The notes beneath the pieces are model-generated. The model saw only the letters and a list, made by a program, of their open reading frames with translations, did not search any database and was not told the origin of the DNA. A DNA stretch of 64,000 nt. Origin: Candidatus Komeilibacteria bacterium RIFOXYD1_FULL_37_29 (GTDB taxonomy: Bacteria > Patescibacteriota > Patescibacteriia > UBA1558 > GWA2-36-10). Position 1 is the stretch's first letter. The number at the start of each line of letters is the position of its first letter. The DNA is taken from NCBI GenBank assembly GCA_001818495.1, contig MHKS01000005.1:12288-76287 (forward strand), in the 5' to 3' direction. This document shows, piece by piece, positions 17,683 to 29,691 of the stretch. The position numbers and the translations under genes were made by a program.

Positions 17683-20600
17683 ATGCCCCAAGTGAAAACT
17701 CCGACTCGCAAATATTTTACCACCCTGCGAGAAGCTATACCTCTAACAGATTTGGTCGAAATCCAAAAAAAGTCCTATCATTGGTTTTTTGAAGAGGGAC
17801 TCAAAGAACTTTTTGATGAGATTTCACCGATCACAGATTTTATCGGTCGCGATCTTCAGCTTTCTTTTGAAGATTATTATTTGGACGAACCAAAGTTTGA
17901 TGAAACTCAGGCCAAAAATAAGAATATTTCTTATGAAGCGCCGCTTAGAGTCAATGTCAGATTAGTAAATAAAAGAACCAACGAAGTCAAGGAACAAGAA
18001 ATATACCTTGGCGATTTTCCATTGATGACTGAAAGAGGAACTTTTATTATAAACGGAGTAGAGCGTGTTGTGGTTTCTCAGCTGATTAGATCAGCCGGTG
18101 TGTTTTTTACTTCGCAAGTTTTAAGAGGTAGAAAATATTATGGTGCCAAGATTATACCAAATCGCGGTGCCTGGCTTGAAATAGAAACGGATGTTAATGG
18201 CATTATTTATGTAAAGATTGATCGTAAAAGAAAGGTACCAGTCACTGCGCTGCTTCGCGCCTTTGGTTATTTTACTGATGAGGAAATAAAAAGTTTATTT
18301 AAAGACGTTGATACTCATCCAGAAGTAAAATTTATCGGTCGCACTTTGGAAAAAGATATTTCTAGCAATGAAGCGGAGGGTTTAAAAGAAATTTACCGTC
18401 GTATTCGTCCAGGAGATTTGGCCACTACTGACAATGCTCGAAGTCTTATTCATTCTATGTTTTTTGATTTTGATCGTTATGATTTTGGTCGGGTGGGTAG
18501 ATATAAAATAAATGCTCGTTTTAGTTTAGATATACCCAATAGTAAAGAGACCAGAGTTTTGCGCAAAGAAGATTTGATTTTAGTGGTTAAAGAAATTATC
18601 AAATTGAATCTTTCTCAACAAGAAGCCGATGATATCGATCACTTGGGTAATCGTCGGGTGCGCGCCATTGGTGAATTGGTTCAAAATAGATTTCGTATTG
18701 GTTTGGCTCGTATGGAAAGAATTATTAAAGACCGTATGAGTACTTTGGATATGCATAGTATTAATCCAAATCAACTTATAAACTCTCGGCCAGTGATTGG
18801 TGTGGTCAAAGAATTTTTTATGAGCTCACAGCTTTCCCAATTCATGGATCAGGTTAATCCTTTGGCTGAGCTTGAACACAAGCGACGTCTATCAGCCATG
18901 GGACCAGGTGGCTTGTCTCGAGAAAGAGCTGGCTTTGAAGTGCGTGATGTCCATCGCACTCACTATGGCCGTATTTGCCCGATTGCCACTCCCGAAGGAC
19001 CAAACATTGGTCTAGTTGGCCATTTAGCTTCTTACGCTCGGGTCAATGATTTTGGTTTTATTGAAACACCTTATCGTATTGTTTTGCATGATATAGACAA
19101 TGATCCCAAAATTACTACTGGTCAAATTGCTAGAAAAGACATTAAAACTCCCGATGGTAAAAAATTGATTATTGCTTCAGGGCAGACCATTAGCGCCACT
19201 CAAGCTAAAGAATTAGCCAAGTATAAAGAAATTGAAATTGTGGCTATTAAACCGGTGGTGACCAATGAAATTAGATATGTCGACGCCTTTGAAGAAGAAA
19301 AGTACAATACGGCGGCCGCCACTACACCAATTGATGAAAAGGGGTATTTTATTAATGATTTTGCGGAAATCAGAATTCATGGCAATCCGACTTTTGACAG
19401 AGTAGAAAAAATTGATTTTATGGATGTGGCTCCCAATCAGATTATTTCTATTGCCACCTCTATGATTCCTTTTTTGGAGCACGACGATGCTGTCCGCGCT
19501 TTGATGGGAACAAACATGCAAAGACAAGCAGTCTCTGTGATTAGACCACAAGCACCGATTGTTGGTACTGGTATTGAGGCCAAGGCTGCCATTGACAGTG
19601 GCCAGGTGGTAGTAGCCAAGGAAGATGGTGAGGTTACCTATGTAGATAGTCGCCGCATTGAAGTAACTAATAAGAAAAAAGAAACCATTATTTATCATTT
19701 GAATAAATTTGCTAGGTCCAATACTTCTACTAGTATGAATCAACATCCGATAGTAGATAAGGATGAGAAAGTCAAAAAGGGTACAGCTTTAGCTGATGGT
19801 GCCGCCACTGATCAAGGAGAATTGGCTTTGGGACAAAATATGTTGGTAGCCTATATGACTTGGGATGGTGGAAATTATGAAGACGCTATTTTGATATCAG
19901 AGCGGGTAGTAAAAAATGATAATTATACTTCTGTTAGTATTGAAGATTATTCTATTGATATTCGCGATACTAAACTTGGTCCAGAGGTTTTGACGCGGGA
20001 CATACCAAATGTTTCGGAAGAAAAATTAAAAGACTTAGACCGAGAGGGAATCGTGCGTATTGGTGCCAATGTTTCCTCTGGCGATATATTGGTTGGTAAA
20101 ATTACTCCCAAAGGAGAAACCGAATTGTCGGCTGAAGAAAAATTATTGCGGGCTATTTTTGGTGAGAAAGCCAAAGATGTTCGCGATACCTCTCTTTATT
20201 TAAAACACGGCGAAAGAGGAAAAGTAATTGGTGTCAAAGTATTTTCTCGTGATAAAGGTGATAAATTACCAGCGGGAGTAATCAAAACAATTCAAATTAC
20301 AGTTGCCCAACTTAGAAAAATTCAAGTTGGTGATAAAATGGCTGGTCGCCACGGTAACAAAGGCGTTATTTCCAGAGTGGTGCCAGCAGAAGATATGCCA
20401 TTTTTGGAAGACGGTACGCCAGTAGATATTATTTTGAATCCATTGGGTGTTATTTCTCGTATGAACCTCGGACAGCTTTTGGAGACTCATTTGGGATTAG
20501 CGGCCAGAACTTTAAATTATAAAGTAGCTAGCCCCCCCTTAAATGGTGTAGATGAAAAAATAATTAGAGATGAACTCAAAAGAGCTGGTTGGCCAGAAGA

Positions 20601-21123
20601 CGGTAAGTTGCAGCTTTTTGACGGTCGTACCGGTAAGCCATTTGATAATAAAACCACAGTGGGCGTGGCCTATATGTTGAAATTGAATCACTTAGTCGAA
20701 GATAAGATTCATCAGAGATCCATTGGTCCTTATTCTTTGGTTACTCAGCAACCGCTCGGTGGCAAAGCTCAATTTGGTGGCCAGCGTTTTGGAGAAATGG
20801 AAGTTTGGGCTCTCGAAGCTTATGGTGCTGCCAATACTTTGCAGGAAATGATCACTATCAAATCTGATGATGTGCCGGGTAGAGCCAAGGCTTATGAAGC
20901 TATTATCAAAGGCGAACCTATTAATCGATTAAATATTCCCGAATCATTTAATGTGCTGGTCAGAGAGCTCAAGGGCTTGGCTTTGGATGTCGAATTGATC
21001 GGTAAAAGAGAAACTGAAATCGAAGATATTGACAGAAGGACCAGGGAAGACCTAGCTGAACAAGCGTCGACAGTAGCCGATGCCAGCTCTGATAATTTGT
21101 CAGTTGAGGATTCTAAAGAATAA
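17683..21123 (+). CDS. rpoB: RNA polymerase beta subunit
   Basis: [36 protein letters not shown]. Confidence 0.99.
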   Translation: MPQVKTPTRKYFTTLREAIPLTDLVEIQKKSYHWFFEEGLKELFDEISPITDFIGRDLQLSFEDYYLDEPKFDETQAKNKNISYEAPLRVNVRLVNKRTNEVKEQEIYLGDFPLMTERGTFIINGVERVVVSQLIRSAGVFFTSQVLRGRKYYGAKIIPNRGAWLEIETDVNGIIYVKIDRKRKVPVTALLRAFGYFTDEEIKSLFKDVDTHPEVKFIGRTLEKDISSNEAEGLKEIYRRIRPGDLATTDNARSLIHSMFFDFDRYDFGRVGRYKINARFSLDIPNSKETRVLRKEDLILVVKEIIKLNLSQQEADDIDHLGNRRVRAIGELVQNRFRIGLARMERIIKDRMSTLDMHSINPNQLINSRPVIGVVKEFFMSSQLSQFMDQVNPLAELEHKRRLSAMGPGGLSRERAGFEVRDVHRTHYGRICPIATPEGPNIGLVGHLASYARVNDFGFIETPYRIVLHDIDNDPKITTGQIARKDIKTPDGKKLIIASGQTISATQAKELAKYKEIEIVAIKPVVTNEIRYVDAFEEEKYNTAAATTPIDEKGYFINDFAEIRIHGNPTFDRVEKIDFMDVAPNQIISIATSMIPFLEHDDAVRALMGTNMQRQAVSVIRPQAPIVGTGIEAKAAIDSGQVVVAKEDGEVTYVDSRRIEVTNKKKETIIYHLNKFARSNTSTSMNQHPIVDKDEKVKKGTALADGAATDQGELALGQNMLVAYMTWDGGNYEDAILISERVVKNDNYTSVSIEDYSIDIRDTKLGPEVLTRDIPNVSEEKLKDLDREGIVRIGANVSSGDILVGKITPKGETELSAEEKLLRAIFGEKAKDVRDTSLYLKHGERGKVIGVKVFSRDKGDKLPAGVIKTIQITVAQLRKIQVGDKMAGRHGNKGVISRVVPAEDMPFLEDGTPVDIILNPLGVISRMNLGQLLETHLGLAARTLNYKVASPPLNGVDEKIIRDELKRAGWPEDGKLQLFDGRTGKPFDNKTTVGVAYMLKLNHLVEDKIHQRSIGPYSLVTQQPLGGKAQFGGQRFGEMEVWALEAYGAANTLQEMITIKSDDVPGRAKAYEAIIKGEPINRLNIPESFNVLVRELKGLALDVELIGKRETEIEDIDRRTREDLAEQASTVADASSDNLSVEDSKE

Positions 21124-21152
21124 TTTTTGATCATATAAAATTATAAAAATAT

Positions 21153-24100
21153 ATGCCTACTCCTTCATCAACAAAAACCACTTTTATGGCCAGAGAAAAG
21201 ACTACTGTTTTGGAATTTGACGCTATAAAATTGCGATTAGCTTCCTCTGACGATATTCATAGATGGTCACATGGGGAAATTTTGAAACCAGAAACCATCA
21301 ACTATCGTACTCAGAAACCAGAAAAAGATGGTTTGTTTTGCGAAAGAATATTTGGTCCAACTAAAGATTGGGAATGTTATTGTGGTAAGTATAAAAGAAT
21401 TCGTTATAAAGGTATTACTTGCGATAAATGCGGTGTGGAAGTAACCAGAGCCGCTGTTCGTAGAGAAAGGATGGGACATATTGATCTAGCCGCACCCGTT
21501 TCTCATATTTGGTTTTTGCGTGGTATTCCTTCTAAAATCGGCTTGGTTTTAGATCTGAGCATCCAGGCGCTTGAAAAAGTAATTTACTTTGCTAGTTTTA
21601 TCGTTACTCAGGTTGATGAAGAAGCTCGTAAAGAAACCATTGAACAGATTAAAAATGAGTTAAAGAGTAAACGCAAGCAAATTGATAATGAGTTTAATCA
21701 AAGAAATCAAGAATTAAATAACAATAAAGTTAAATTACTGGCTGAGGGTAAGGAAAAGGAAAAAATCAATAAGCAAATTGAACAGGATTTGATGAATTTG
21801 AATGTTGCTAAAATTGATAAAATAAAAACTTTAGAAGAAGCGGCCGAGACTGCTCTAAAAGAATTGCGAGAATTAAAACTTTTGCAGATTATTTCTGAAA
21901 CTAAATATCAAGAATTGGCTTTGCGTTATGGACATGTTTTTGAAGCTGGTATTGGTGCCGAAGCTGTCCGAGACTTGCTTAAGAAAGTTAATTTAAAAGA
22001 GCTATACGAAGCTTTGGAAGAAGAAATTGGTGATTCCATTGCCTCCAAGAGAAAAAAATTGATTAGACGCTCCCGATTAATCAAGAGTTTAATGGTCAAT
22101 GGTATTCGTCCGGAATGGATGATCTTGACCGTTGTACCAGTAATCCCACCCGATCTTCGTCCCATGGTCCAACTTGATGGAGGGCGCTTCGCTTCTTCTG
22201 ATTTAAATGATCTTTATCGTCGCGTTATTAATCGTAATAATCGTTTAAAGAGATTAAAAGATTTAAATGCTCCAGAAGTTATTCAGCGCAATGAAAAAAG
22301 AATGTTACAAGAAGCGATTGATGCTTTAATTGATAACAATGCTCGTCAAGGAAAAACCGTTACGGCTTCTACTGGGCAAAAACGCTCTTTAAAGAGCATT
22401 GCCGATATGCTCAAAGGTAAGCAGGGTCGTTTTAGACAGAACTTACTAGGCAAACGCGTGGATTATTCTGGTCGTTCAGTTATAGTAGTGGGGCCTCATC
22501 TTAAAATTTATCAGTGTGGTTTGCCCAAGACCATGGCTTTGGAATTGTTTAGACCCTTTGTCATTTCTCAACTGATCAAACGGGAGTTTGTCCATAATGT
22601 TAGAAGCGCCAATCGTTTTATTGAAGCCGGTCATCCCGAAGTGTGGGCCATTTTGGAAGAAGTAATCGCCGGAGCCAATGTTATGTTAAATCGTGCACCG
22701 ACTTTACATCGTCTTGGTATCCAAGCTTTTCAACCAACTCTGATTGAGGGTAAGGCTATTCAACTTCATCCCCTAGTCTGCTCAGCTTTTAACGCTGATT
22801 TTGATGGTGACCAAATGGCTGTCCACGTGCCGTTAACCGAAGAAGCCAAAGAAGAGGCTAGAACCATTATGCTTTCCTCTAACAATTTGTTAAAACCAGC
22901 CACCGGTGATCCAGTCGCTGTACCTAACCAAGATATTGTTTGGGGTGGATATTATCTGACTTATATTTCTCCGGAAGCCAAGGCCAAAAAAGCCTTTGGT
23001 GATGAAGATGAAGCAGAAAAAGCTTTTGTCTTGGGAGTAATTTCTTTACAGGAACCTATTAAGGCTAGGGTAGCTCGAGCTAAGAATCAGATTTTAGACA
23101 CCAGTGTTGGTCGTATTTTGTTTAATAAGATTTTACCTGAGGAAATGACTTATGTGAACAAAACATTAGACAAAAAAGGTTTAAAAAATATTGTGGCCTT
23201 GGCTTTTAGAACTTTGTCTCACGATAAAACAGTGGCCTTACTGGATGATATTAAAGATATTGCTTTTAAATATATTACTACCTCTGGTTCTTCTTGGGGC
23301 ATGGATGATATTCCAAAATTGCCAGAGAAAAAAGAATTGATTAAAGAGGGCGAAAAGAGAGTAGAAGAAATTAAGGAACAATATAATCAGGGTCTTTTAA
23401 CCAACAATGAAAGGTATATTAAGGTAATTGAGGTTTGGAATGAAATCAAAAACAGGATTTATGATAAATCTCAAGGCACCTTTACTTCTAAAAATTCAGT
23501 GGCCAGTATTATTGAGTCCGGTGCTCGCGGTTCTTGGTCACAGATGATTCAGATTATGGGTATGAAAGGATTGGTTATCAATCCGGCTGGTGATATTATC
23601 GAATTGCCGGTTAAAGCTAATTTTCAGGAAGGTTTGGATGTTTTGGAATATTTTATTTCCACCCACGGTACTCGTAAGGGACTTTCTGATACAGCTCTTC
23701 GTACGGCCAATGCCGGGTATTTAACCAGACGTTTGGTCGATGTTTCACAAGATGTAGTGATCTTGGAAAGTGATTGTAAAGATAAAGAAGGATTGGTTAT
23801 TACTAAAGCCGAAAGTAAAGACATTAATGAAACATTATCAGAAAGAGCTATTGGCCGGATAATCTTGGATGATATTATTGATCCAAAAAATAAAAAAGTA
23901 TTAATCAAGAAACATACTTTAGTCACCAAAGAATTGTCGGAACAGATTGAAAAAGCCAACCCGGAACATATTAGAATTAGATCACTCTTATCTTGTAAAT
24001 CTATTAGGGGTGCTTGTCAAAAATGTTATGGTTTTGATTTGGGCTTTAATGAATTGGTAAAATTGGGTACAGCTGTTGGCATAGTAGCGGCTCAAAGTAT

Positions 24101-25040
24101 TGGCGAGCCTGGCACCCAGCTAACTATGAGAACTTTTCATACTGGTGGTGTGGCCGAAGGCGATATTACTCAAGGTTTGCCTAGGGTAGAAGAATTATTT
24201 GAAGCTCGCCAGCCCAAGAAGCAGTCAATTCTAGCGCCAATTTCTGGTCTGGTGCAAATTGATAATGACAATAAGCTGATTAGTAAGGAGCAGAGAATTA
24301 TTAAGATCAAGCCGCATGAAATCAGAATTGAAGAATACATACTAGAAGATGGCATGGAACCCAAAGTAAAGGATGGCCAGGAAGTAGAAGTTGATCAGGT
24401 CATTATTATGAATAAAAAGGACAAGGTTCGTACCAAGCTGGAAGGTTTGGTTAAACTAAAGGACAAGAGAATGACCATCGTCAGTCGAGAGGGTAGCATG
24501 CAGGATGTCATTATCCCAGCTGGTTACAATCTTTGGATCAAAGATAAAGATATGGTTGAGGAAGGTCAACAAATTACTGAGGGTAGTATTGACCTTAAAG
24601 AATTGTATGCTTTGAAGGGCAAGTTGAGTGTCCAAAAATATATTATCAAAGAAATCAAACATATTTACTCTTCGCAGGGACAAAATTTAAATGACAAACA
24701 TGTTGAGTTGATTGTCAAGCAGATGTTTTCTAGAATTTTAGTGAAAGATATTGGTGATACAGAGCTTTTGCCCGGAGAAGTAGTCACCTCTACCCAATTT
24801 GAAGAAGCCAACCGAGCTGTCAAAGGAGAAAAATCTACCGGAGACATTTTACTGCTAGGCATTACTAAAGCGGCCTTAACTTCAGATTCTTTCTTGTCCG
24901 CCGCTTCTTTTCAGGAGACAGCTCGCGTTTTAATTGATGCCGCTATTTCCGGAAAGGTAGATTATTTGAGAGGTCTCAAGGAGAATGTAATCATTGGTCG
25001 CAAGATTCCAGCTGGTACTGGTTTTAAGCAGAAAAAATAA
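21153..25040 (+). CDS. rpoC: RNA polymerase beta' subunit
   Basis: NADFDGDQM, Zn finger [22 protein letters not shown]. Confidence 0.99.
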   Translation: MPTPSSTKTTFMAREKTTVLEFDAIKLRLASSDDIHRWSHGEILKPETINYRTQKPEKDGLFCERIFGPTKDWECYCGKYKRIRYKGITCDKCGVEVTRAAVRRERMGHIDLAAPVSHIWFLRGIPSKIGLVLDLSIQALEKVIYFASFIVTQVDEEARKETIEQIKNELKSKRKQIDNEFNQRNQELNNNKVKLLAEGKEKEKINKQIEQDLMNLNVAKIDKIKTLEEAAETALKELRELKLLQIISETKYQELALRYGHVFEAGIGAEAVRDLLKKVNLKELYEALEEEIGDSIASKRKKLIRRSRLIKSLMVNGIRPEWMILTVVPVIPPDLRPMVQLDGGRFASSDLNDLYRRVINRNNRLKRLKDLNAPEVIQRNEKRMLQEAIDALIDNNARQGKTVTASTGQKRSLKSIADMLKGKQGRFRQNLLGKRVDYSGRSVIVVGPHLKIYQCGLPKTMALELFRPFVISQLIKREFVHNVRSANRFIEAGHPEVWAILEEVIAGANVMLNRAPTLHRLGIQAFQPTLIEGKAIQLHPLVCSAFNADFDGDQMAVHVPLTEEAKEEARTIMLSSNNLLKPATGDPVAVPNQDIVWGGYYLTYISPEAKAKKAFGDEDEAEKAFVLGVISLQEPIKARVARAKNQILDTSVGRILFNKILPEEMTYVNKTLDKKGLKNIVALAFRTLSHDKTVALLDDIKDIAFKYITTSGSSWGMDDIPKLPEKKELIKEGEKRVEEIKEQYNQGLLTNNERYIKVIEVWNEIKNRIYDKSQGTFTSKNSVASIIESGARGSWSQMIQIMGMKGLVINPAGDIIELPVKANFQEGLDVLEYFISTHGTRKGLSDTALRTANAGYLTRRLVDVSQDVVILESDCKDKEGLVITKAESKDINETLSERAIGRIILDDIIDPKNKKVLIKKHTLVTKELSEQIEKANPEHIRIRSLLSCKSIRGACQKCYGFDLGFNELVKLGTAVGIVAAQSIGEPGTQLTMRTFHTGGVAEGDITQGLPRVEELFEARQPKKQSILAPISGLVQIDNDNKLISKEQRIIKIKPHEIRIEEYILEDGMEPKVKDGQEVEVDQVIIMNKKDKVRTKLEGLVKLKDKRMTIVSREGSMQDVIIPAGYNLWIKDKDMVEEGQQITEGSIDLKELYALKGKLSVQKYIIKEIKHIYSSQGQNLNDKHVELIVKQMFSRILVKDIGDTELLPGEVVTSTQFEEANRAVKGEKSTGDILLLGITKAALTSDSFLSAASFQETARVLIDAAISGKVDYLRGLKENVIIGRKIPAGTGFKQKK

Positions 25041-25053
25041 AGATATTTTTAGC

Positions 25054-25081
25054 AAAAAAGCCCCCCAAAAGGGGGCTTTTT
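25054..25081 (+). terminator. rpoBC terminator
   Basis: AAAAAAGCCCCC-caaaa-GGGGGCTTTTT. Confidence 0.85.
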
Positions 25082-25152
25082 CTATTTTGTTAGGGATTTA
25101 TTTTTCTAGATAAATATGATAAAATATAGATAGATTATTATTTTTTAAACTA

Positions 25153-27372
25153 ATGTCTAGACGAAAAACTAGTGTTAATTATCAGGAGGAAGAGTCCTTG
25201 GGACTCAAGCCAGAAACTAAACGCGCTATTTTTGTTATATTGTTATTTACCTTGGCTGCTTTAAGCGTTTTGTCTATATTTGATATGGCTGGATCTTTTG
25301 GCCGAGTTTTAAATTTCGCTCTCGCCTATATTTTTGGTTGGGGCATTTGGTTATTTATTTTGATTTTATTATGGTTGGTTTATATTTTGATGAAGAGTGG
25401 CATTTATGGAGTACGATTTGTTACTTATATTGGGCTATCCTTAATTTTATTATCATTTTCTGGTATTTTACATTTTTTTGTGCTGGATTTTAATTTAGAA
25501 GAAATTACCGCTGCTGGCAAAGGCGGCGGAGCCATTGGGTATTTTATTAGCGAAGCGGGGGTAAGTGCTCTGGGAGTTGGTGGATCGCTAGTGATACTTT
25601 TGGCCATATTATTTATTGGGGTATTCTTGGGTTTTAATACTTCTTTTTCCGCTTTGTTAGATAAAGCTAAAACTTTGGGTATTATTAAAGAAAAATTTTT
25701 ACCAGACAAAGGCACAGACGGAGAAGACGAGAATACGGAGGAGGAAAATGAATTTCAAACGGAGGATATTATTGAAGAAGATCAGATAGAAGAGCCAGTT
25801 GAAGAAGGTGGTCAAGAACCAGCCGGAGAAATAGCCTTGGCCGAGGGTAGTGTTGAGGAGGAAGAGCAAGTTATACCGGTTAAAAAAGTCAGAAAAAAAA
25901 TAGTTGTGCCAATAGAGCTGCTTTCTAAATCAACTAGCAAACCAGACTCGGGCGATGTCAATGCTAACATGAATAAAATTCAAAAGACTTTTGAAAATTT
26001 TGGCATTGATGTTACTATGGCCGAGGTCAATGTTGGTCCGACCGTTACGCAATATACTTTGCGACCAGCCGAGGGCGTCAGATTGTCTCAAATGTTGACT
26101 TTGCAAAATGATTTAGCCCTGGCTTTGGCTGCTCATCCCCTACGCATGGAAGCACCGATTCCAGGTAAATCATTGGTGGGCGTAGAAGTACCAAATCAAT
26201 CTGTTTCCACAGTTAAACTAAGAGAAATATTAGAAAGTGCTACTTATAAAAAGAGAAAAAATAATTTGTATTTATCCTTAGGTAAAGATGTAGCGGGAAA
26301 TGCCATTATGGCGAACTTAGCGACGATGCCCCATCTTTTAATTGCTGGAGCAACTGGTAGCGGTAAATCGGTTTGTATTAATAATGTTATTTTGAGTTTG
26401 ATTTATGAAAACTCGCCAGATGAATTGAAATTTATTTTAATTGATCCCAAACGCGTAGAACTTTCTTCTTATAATGATATTCCACATTTGTTAGCCCCGG
26501 TGATAAATGATACTGATAAAGCTATCAATGCCTTGCGTTGGGTAGTAAATGAGATGCATGGCCGATACAAATTGTTGCAAGCGGCTGGCAAAAGAAATAT
26601 TGAGGCGTATAATAAGGCGGTGATTGTTAATAAAATTCCTTATATTGTGGTCATTGTTGATGAATTTGCCGCTCTGATGTCTTTGGCTTCTAAAGAAATA
26701 GAAGCGGCTGTAGTATCTTTAGCTCAAATGGCTCGCGCCGTAGGTATTCATTTGGTTTTAGCCACCCAGAGACCATCGGTTGATGTGATTACGGGACTTA
26801 TTAAAGCTAACATTACTTCTCGCATTGCCTTTGCTGTCGCTTCCTCTATGGATTCTCGCACCATTATTGATACTTCAGGGGCAGAAAAATTATTAGGCAA
26901 AGGAGATATGTTGTTTATGACCGCCGAAGTTTCCAAACCGCGTCGTATCCAAGGTGCCTATGTATCGGATGAGGAAATAACAGCTGTTGTAGATTTTCTA
27001 AAAAGTAAAGCGGAACCAGAATATAATAGTAATGTTACAGAAAGGGCTAGCGGGCCAGTGGCTGGCTTTGGTGGCGGCGGAGATTTTGATGATGCCTTGA
27101 CTCAAGAGGCCAAGGAAGTAGTGATCAAGGCTGGTAAAGCTTCAGCTACACTACTGCAAAGAAGACTAAGAGTTGGCTATGCCCGAGCTGCTCGGCTATT
27201 AGATATTTTGGAAGAAATGGGAGTAGTCAGTGCTGCTGACGGGTCTAAACCTCGGGAAGTATTAATTTCTCAGGGGGATTTAGAAGAAAATTTTTCTTCC
27301 GTCTTAGATGAGGAAGAGATATCGGACGAAACTGACGAAGAAGACGATAAGGATGAGCAGCCCCGCTTTTAA
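25153..27372 (+). CDS. ftsK: DNA translocase FtsK/SpoIIIE
   Basis: N-terminal TM domain, PHLLIAGATGSGKS, ATQRPS, gamma domain LQRRLRVGYARAARL. Confidence 0.96.
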   Translation: MSRRKTSVNYQEEESLGLKPETKRAIFVILLFTLAALSVLSIFDMAGSFGRVLNFALAYIFGWGIWLFILILLWLVYILMKSGIYGVRFVTYIGLSLILLSFSGILHFFVLDFNLEEITAAGKGGGAIGYFISEAGVSALGVGGSLVILLAILFIGVFLGFNTSFSALLDKAKTLGIIKEKFLPDKGTDGEDENTEEENEFQTEDIIEEDQIEEPVEEGGQEPAGEIALAEGSVEEEEQVIPVKKVRKKIVVPIELLSKSTSKPDSGDVNANMNKIQKTFENFGIDVTMAEVNVGPTVTQYTLRPAEGVRLSQMLTLQNDLALALAAHPLRMEAPIPGKSLVGVEVPNQSVSTVKLREILESATYKKRKNNLYLSLGKDVAGNAIMANLATMPHLLIAGATGSGKSVCINNVILSLIYENSPDELKFILIDPKRVELSSYNDIPHLLAPVINDTDKAINALRWVVNEMHGRYKLLQAAGKRNIEAYNKAVIVNKIPYIVVIVDEFAALMSLASKEIEAAVVSLAQMARAVGIHLVLATQRPSVDVITGLIKANITSRIAFAVASSMDSRTIIDTSGAEKLLGKGDMLFMTAEVSKPRRIQGAYVSDEEITAVVDFLKSKAEPEYNSNVTERASGPVAGFGGGGDFDDALTQEAKEVVIKAGKASATLLQRRLRVGYARAARLLDILEEMGVVSAADGSKPREVLISQGDLEENFSSVLDEEEISDETDEEDDKDEQPRF

Positions 27373-27383
27373 TTAAAGTTAAT

Positions 27384-28064
27384 ATGGCAAGTTTTAAACA
27401 AAAGAAGATTAGCCGATCACAAACTCTGGCTGATAAACTAAGACAATCTAGATTGGAACAAAATAAGACTTTGGCTGAAGCAGAGGCTGTTACCGGGATT
27501 CAAACCAAATATCTAGAAATATTAGAAGAAGGAAATTATCAGAAGTTACCAGGCAATATCTACGCCAAGGCTTGGCTTAGACTTTATGCTAATTTTTTGG
27601 GTTTACAAGCCAATGAATTGTTAGTTGATTATAAAATAGAAAAATCAATTAGTGACAGATTAGTTAAAGTAGATGTTCCCCAAGAGAAAAATAATAATAT
27701 TTTTGCTTATAGAATATTAAAGCCACGAGTTTTAAAATCTTTAGGCATTGGCTTGCTGATTGTTGCTCTATTTGCTTATTTGGGTTGGGAGGTTAATAAT
27801 ATAATTTCTCCGCCAGAGGTATTAATCTTTGAACCAACTAGTAATTTTAAGACCACCGATTCTAGTGTGGTTATCAAAGGTCAAACCAAACCAGAGGTGC
27901 AGTTGACTATTAATAATGAATTGGTATTATTGGATGAGGCAGGCTATTTTAGCCAGGAAGTAAATTTATTGAATGGGCTAAATAATTTAGAAATAAGTGC
28001 CAAAAAGAAACACAGTCGAATTCGAACCATAGAAATAGTAATTTTAAGAGAGTCATTAGAATAA
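27384..28064 (+). CDS. RodZ-like HTH-TM protein with C-terminal Ig-like domain
   Basis: YLEILEEGNYQKLPGNIYAKAWLRLYANFLGL, one TM, beta-rich C-terminus; lies between ftsK and recA. Confidence 0.8.
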   Translation: MASFKQKKISRSQTLADKLRQSRLEQNKTLAEAEAVTGIQTKYLEILEEGNYQKLPGNIYAKAWLRLYANFLGLQANELLVDYKIEKSISDRLVKVDVPQEKNNNIFAYRILKPRVLKSLGIGLLIVALFAYLGWEVNNIISPPEVLIFEPTSNFKTTDSSVVIKGQTKPEVQLTINNELVLLDEAGYFSQEVNLLNGLNNLEISAKKKHSRIRTIEIVILRESLE

Positions 28065-28126
28065 TTAATAACATAATTAAGGCAAGCATAAACAGGCGGT
28101 TTGCTATTTAAGAAAGGATTATACAT

Positions 28127-29137
28127 ATGGTTAAGAAAACCAAAGAAGATTTTGATCCAGCTACCAGGAGTGCCATTGAGGAGATTAGGACGCGTTTTGG
28201 CGAGGGCGCTATTATGAATTTAGGCGACGCTAAAGCTATGAATGTAGAAGCAGTTAGTACAGGCTGTTTATCTTTAGATATTGCCTTGGGTGTGGGTGGT
28301 GTACCGCGTGGTCGGATTATTGAAATTTATGGACCAGAAGCCTCTGGTAAAACTACTTTGGCCCAACACATTGTGGCGGAAGTACAAAGGGGTGGCGGTA
28401 CAGCAGCTTTTGTGGATGCTGAGCATGCTCTAGATCCTGATTATGCCAAAAAAATTGGTGTAGACATTGATCATCTACTTATCTCTCAACCAGACACTGG
28501 TGAACAAGCTTTAGAGATTGTGGAGGCTTTAGTACGTAGCGGCGGAGTGGACGTGATAGTCATTGACTCAGTTGCTGCCTTGGTGCCCAAAGCAGAAATT
28601 GAGGGAGAAATGGGTGATTCTCATATGGGACTGCAAGCTAGACTGATGAGCCAAGCCCTTAGAAAATTAGCTGGTATTGTACACAAGAGCAAAACAATGG
28701 TGATTTTTATCAATCAGATTCGCATGAAAATCGGAGTGTTTTTTGGCAATCCAGAGACTACTACTGGTGGTAATGCTTTAAAATTTTATGCTTCGGTCAG
28801 AATTGAAGTCAGACGATCAGCCCAGATCAAGCAAGGAGAAAAAATTATTGGTAATCAGGTTAAAGCTAAGGTTGTAAAAAATAAAGTAGCAGCTCCTTTT
28901 AAAGGCACTAGCTTTGATATCATGTATAATGAGGGCATTTCAGTCTCAGGCGATCTTTTGGATACTGGTTTGGCCTTGGGGGTAATCACCAAATCGGGTA
29001 ACTCCTATAATTATGGAGATATGAAATTGGGAGTTGGTCGAGAAAACGCCAAAGCATTTTTGCGCGCTGATAAAACATTAATGGGTGAACTTCGACAAAA
29101 TATTTGGAAACAATACCGCTCTTCTGAGGAATTATAA
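28127..29137 (+). CDS. recA: Recombinase RecA
   Basis: [29 protein letters not shown]. Confidence 0.99.
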   Translation: MVKKTKEDFDPATRSAIEEIRTRFGEGAIMNLGDAKAMNVEAVSTGCLSLDIALGVGGVPRGRIIEIYGPEASGKTTLAQHIVAEVQRGGGTAAFVDAEHALDPDYAKKIGVDIDHLLISQPDTGEQALEIVEALVRSGGVDVIVIDSVAALVPKAEIEGEMGDSHMGLQARLMSQALRKLAGIVHKSKTMVIFINQIRMKIGVFFGNPETTTGGNALKFYASVRIEVRRSAQIKQGEKIIGNQVKAKVVKNKVAAPFKGTSFDIMYNEGISVSGDLLDTGLALGVITKSGNSYNYGDMKLGVGRENAKAFLRADKTLMGELRQNIWKQYRSSEEL

Positions 29138-29155
29138 ATAACATTAGATTATGAG

Positions 29156-29182
29156 AAAAGACTGGTCAATGACCAGTCTTTT
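29156..29182. terminator. Bidirectional terminator shared by recA and the convergent ORF
   Basis: AAAAGACTGGTCA-a-TGACCAGTCTTTT. Confidence 0.8.
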
Positions 29183-29552
29183 TTTCTTTGGGGGTGTTCT
29201 TGTTTTGTAGTATAAAATGTGCCAAGGCTTTGGCCAGTTCAAAGCGGATGCTATTACAGTTGTCTCCATCACCACAGGCCAAAGAATGTCTGCCCATACC
29301 AACGCCAGATAAACATGTACCGTCGTCTTTGGCAAGCATTGTAGCTAACCGAAGGGCTTGTTTATGAGTTTTGACTCGGTAGCGACACGCATCGGGACTG
29401 TATCCAGAATTTTTACATTTTTTGCCCTTACATTTGTGGTCAGGCAAGTAGCTTTTCCCTGGTTCGAGTTTTAGCCATTTTTGGCAGTCGGAGCAAAGAC
29501 CCTCCTCGGTCAAAAATGTCTTTTCGGCCAGCTCTAGCATGCTTCTATTCAT
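29166..29552 (-). CDS. Hypothetical Cys/His-rich (putative zinc-binding) protein
   Basis: CSDC...HKC...C...C pattern; upstream TTGACA-17-TAAAGT promoter and purine-rich SD. Confidence 0.6.
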   Translation of the reverse strand: MNRSMLELAEKTFLTEEGLCSDCQKWLKLEPGKSYLPDHKCKGKKCKNSGYSPDACRYRVKTHKQALRLATMLAKDDGTCLSGVGMGRHSLACGDGDNCNSIRFELAKALAHFILQNKNTPKEKKTGH

Positions 29553-29691
29553 GGTCTTCCTCTTTCTTTTATTTGGATTGATAAGGACTATTTAATTAGG
29601 TAACTTTAGTACAGACCTAGGGTTGTGTCAATTGTTATTTTTTATTACTCTCAGTCTTGCTAGGGGCGGTTTTTATTAGTATAATTTGAAT

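Noticed and set aside
18811-18915. RpoB rifampicin-region substitutions
   Set aside because: Residues equivalent to Q513, D516, H526 and S531 are retained, so resistance cannot be claimed.
17683-25040. Antisense ORFs within rpoBC, and similar shadow ORFs in other long genes
   Set aside because: They lie opposite well-supported genes and have no motifs or start signals.
28065-28126. LexA/SOS box upstream of recA
   Set aside because: No GAAC-N4-GTTC or CTGT-N8-ACAG seen; only a small imperfect hairpin.
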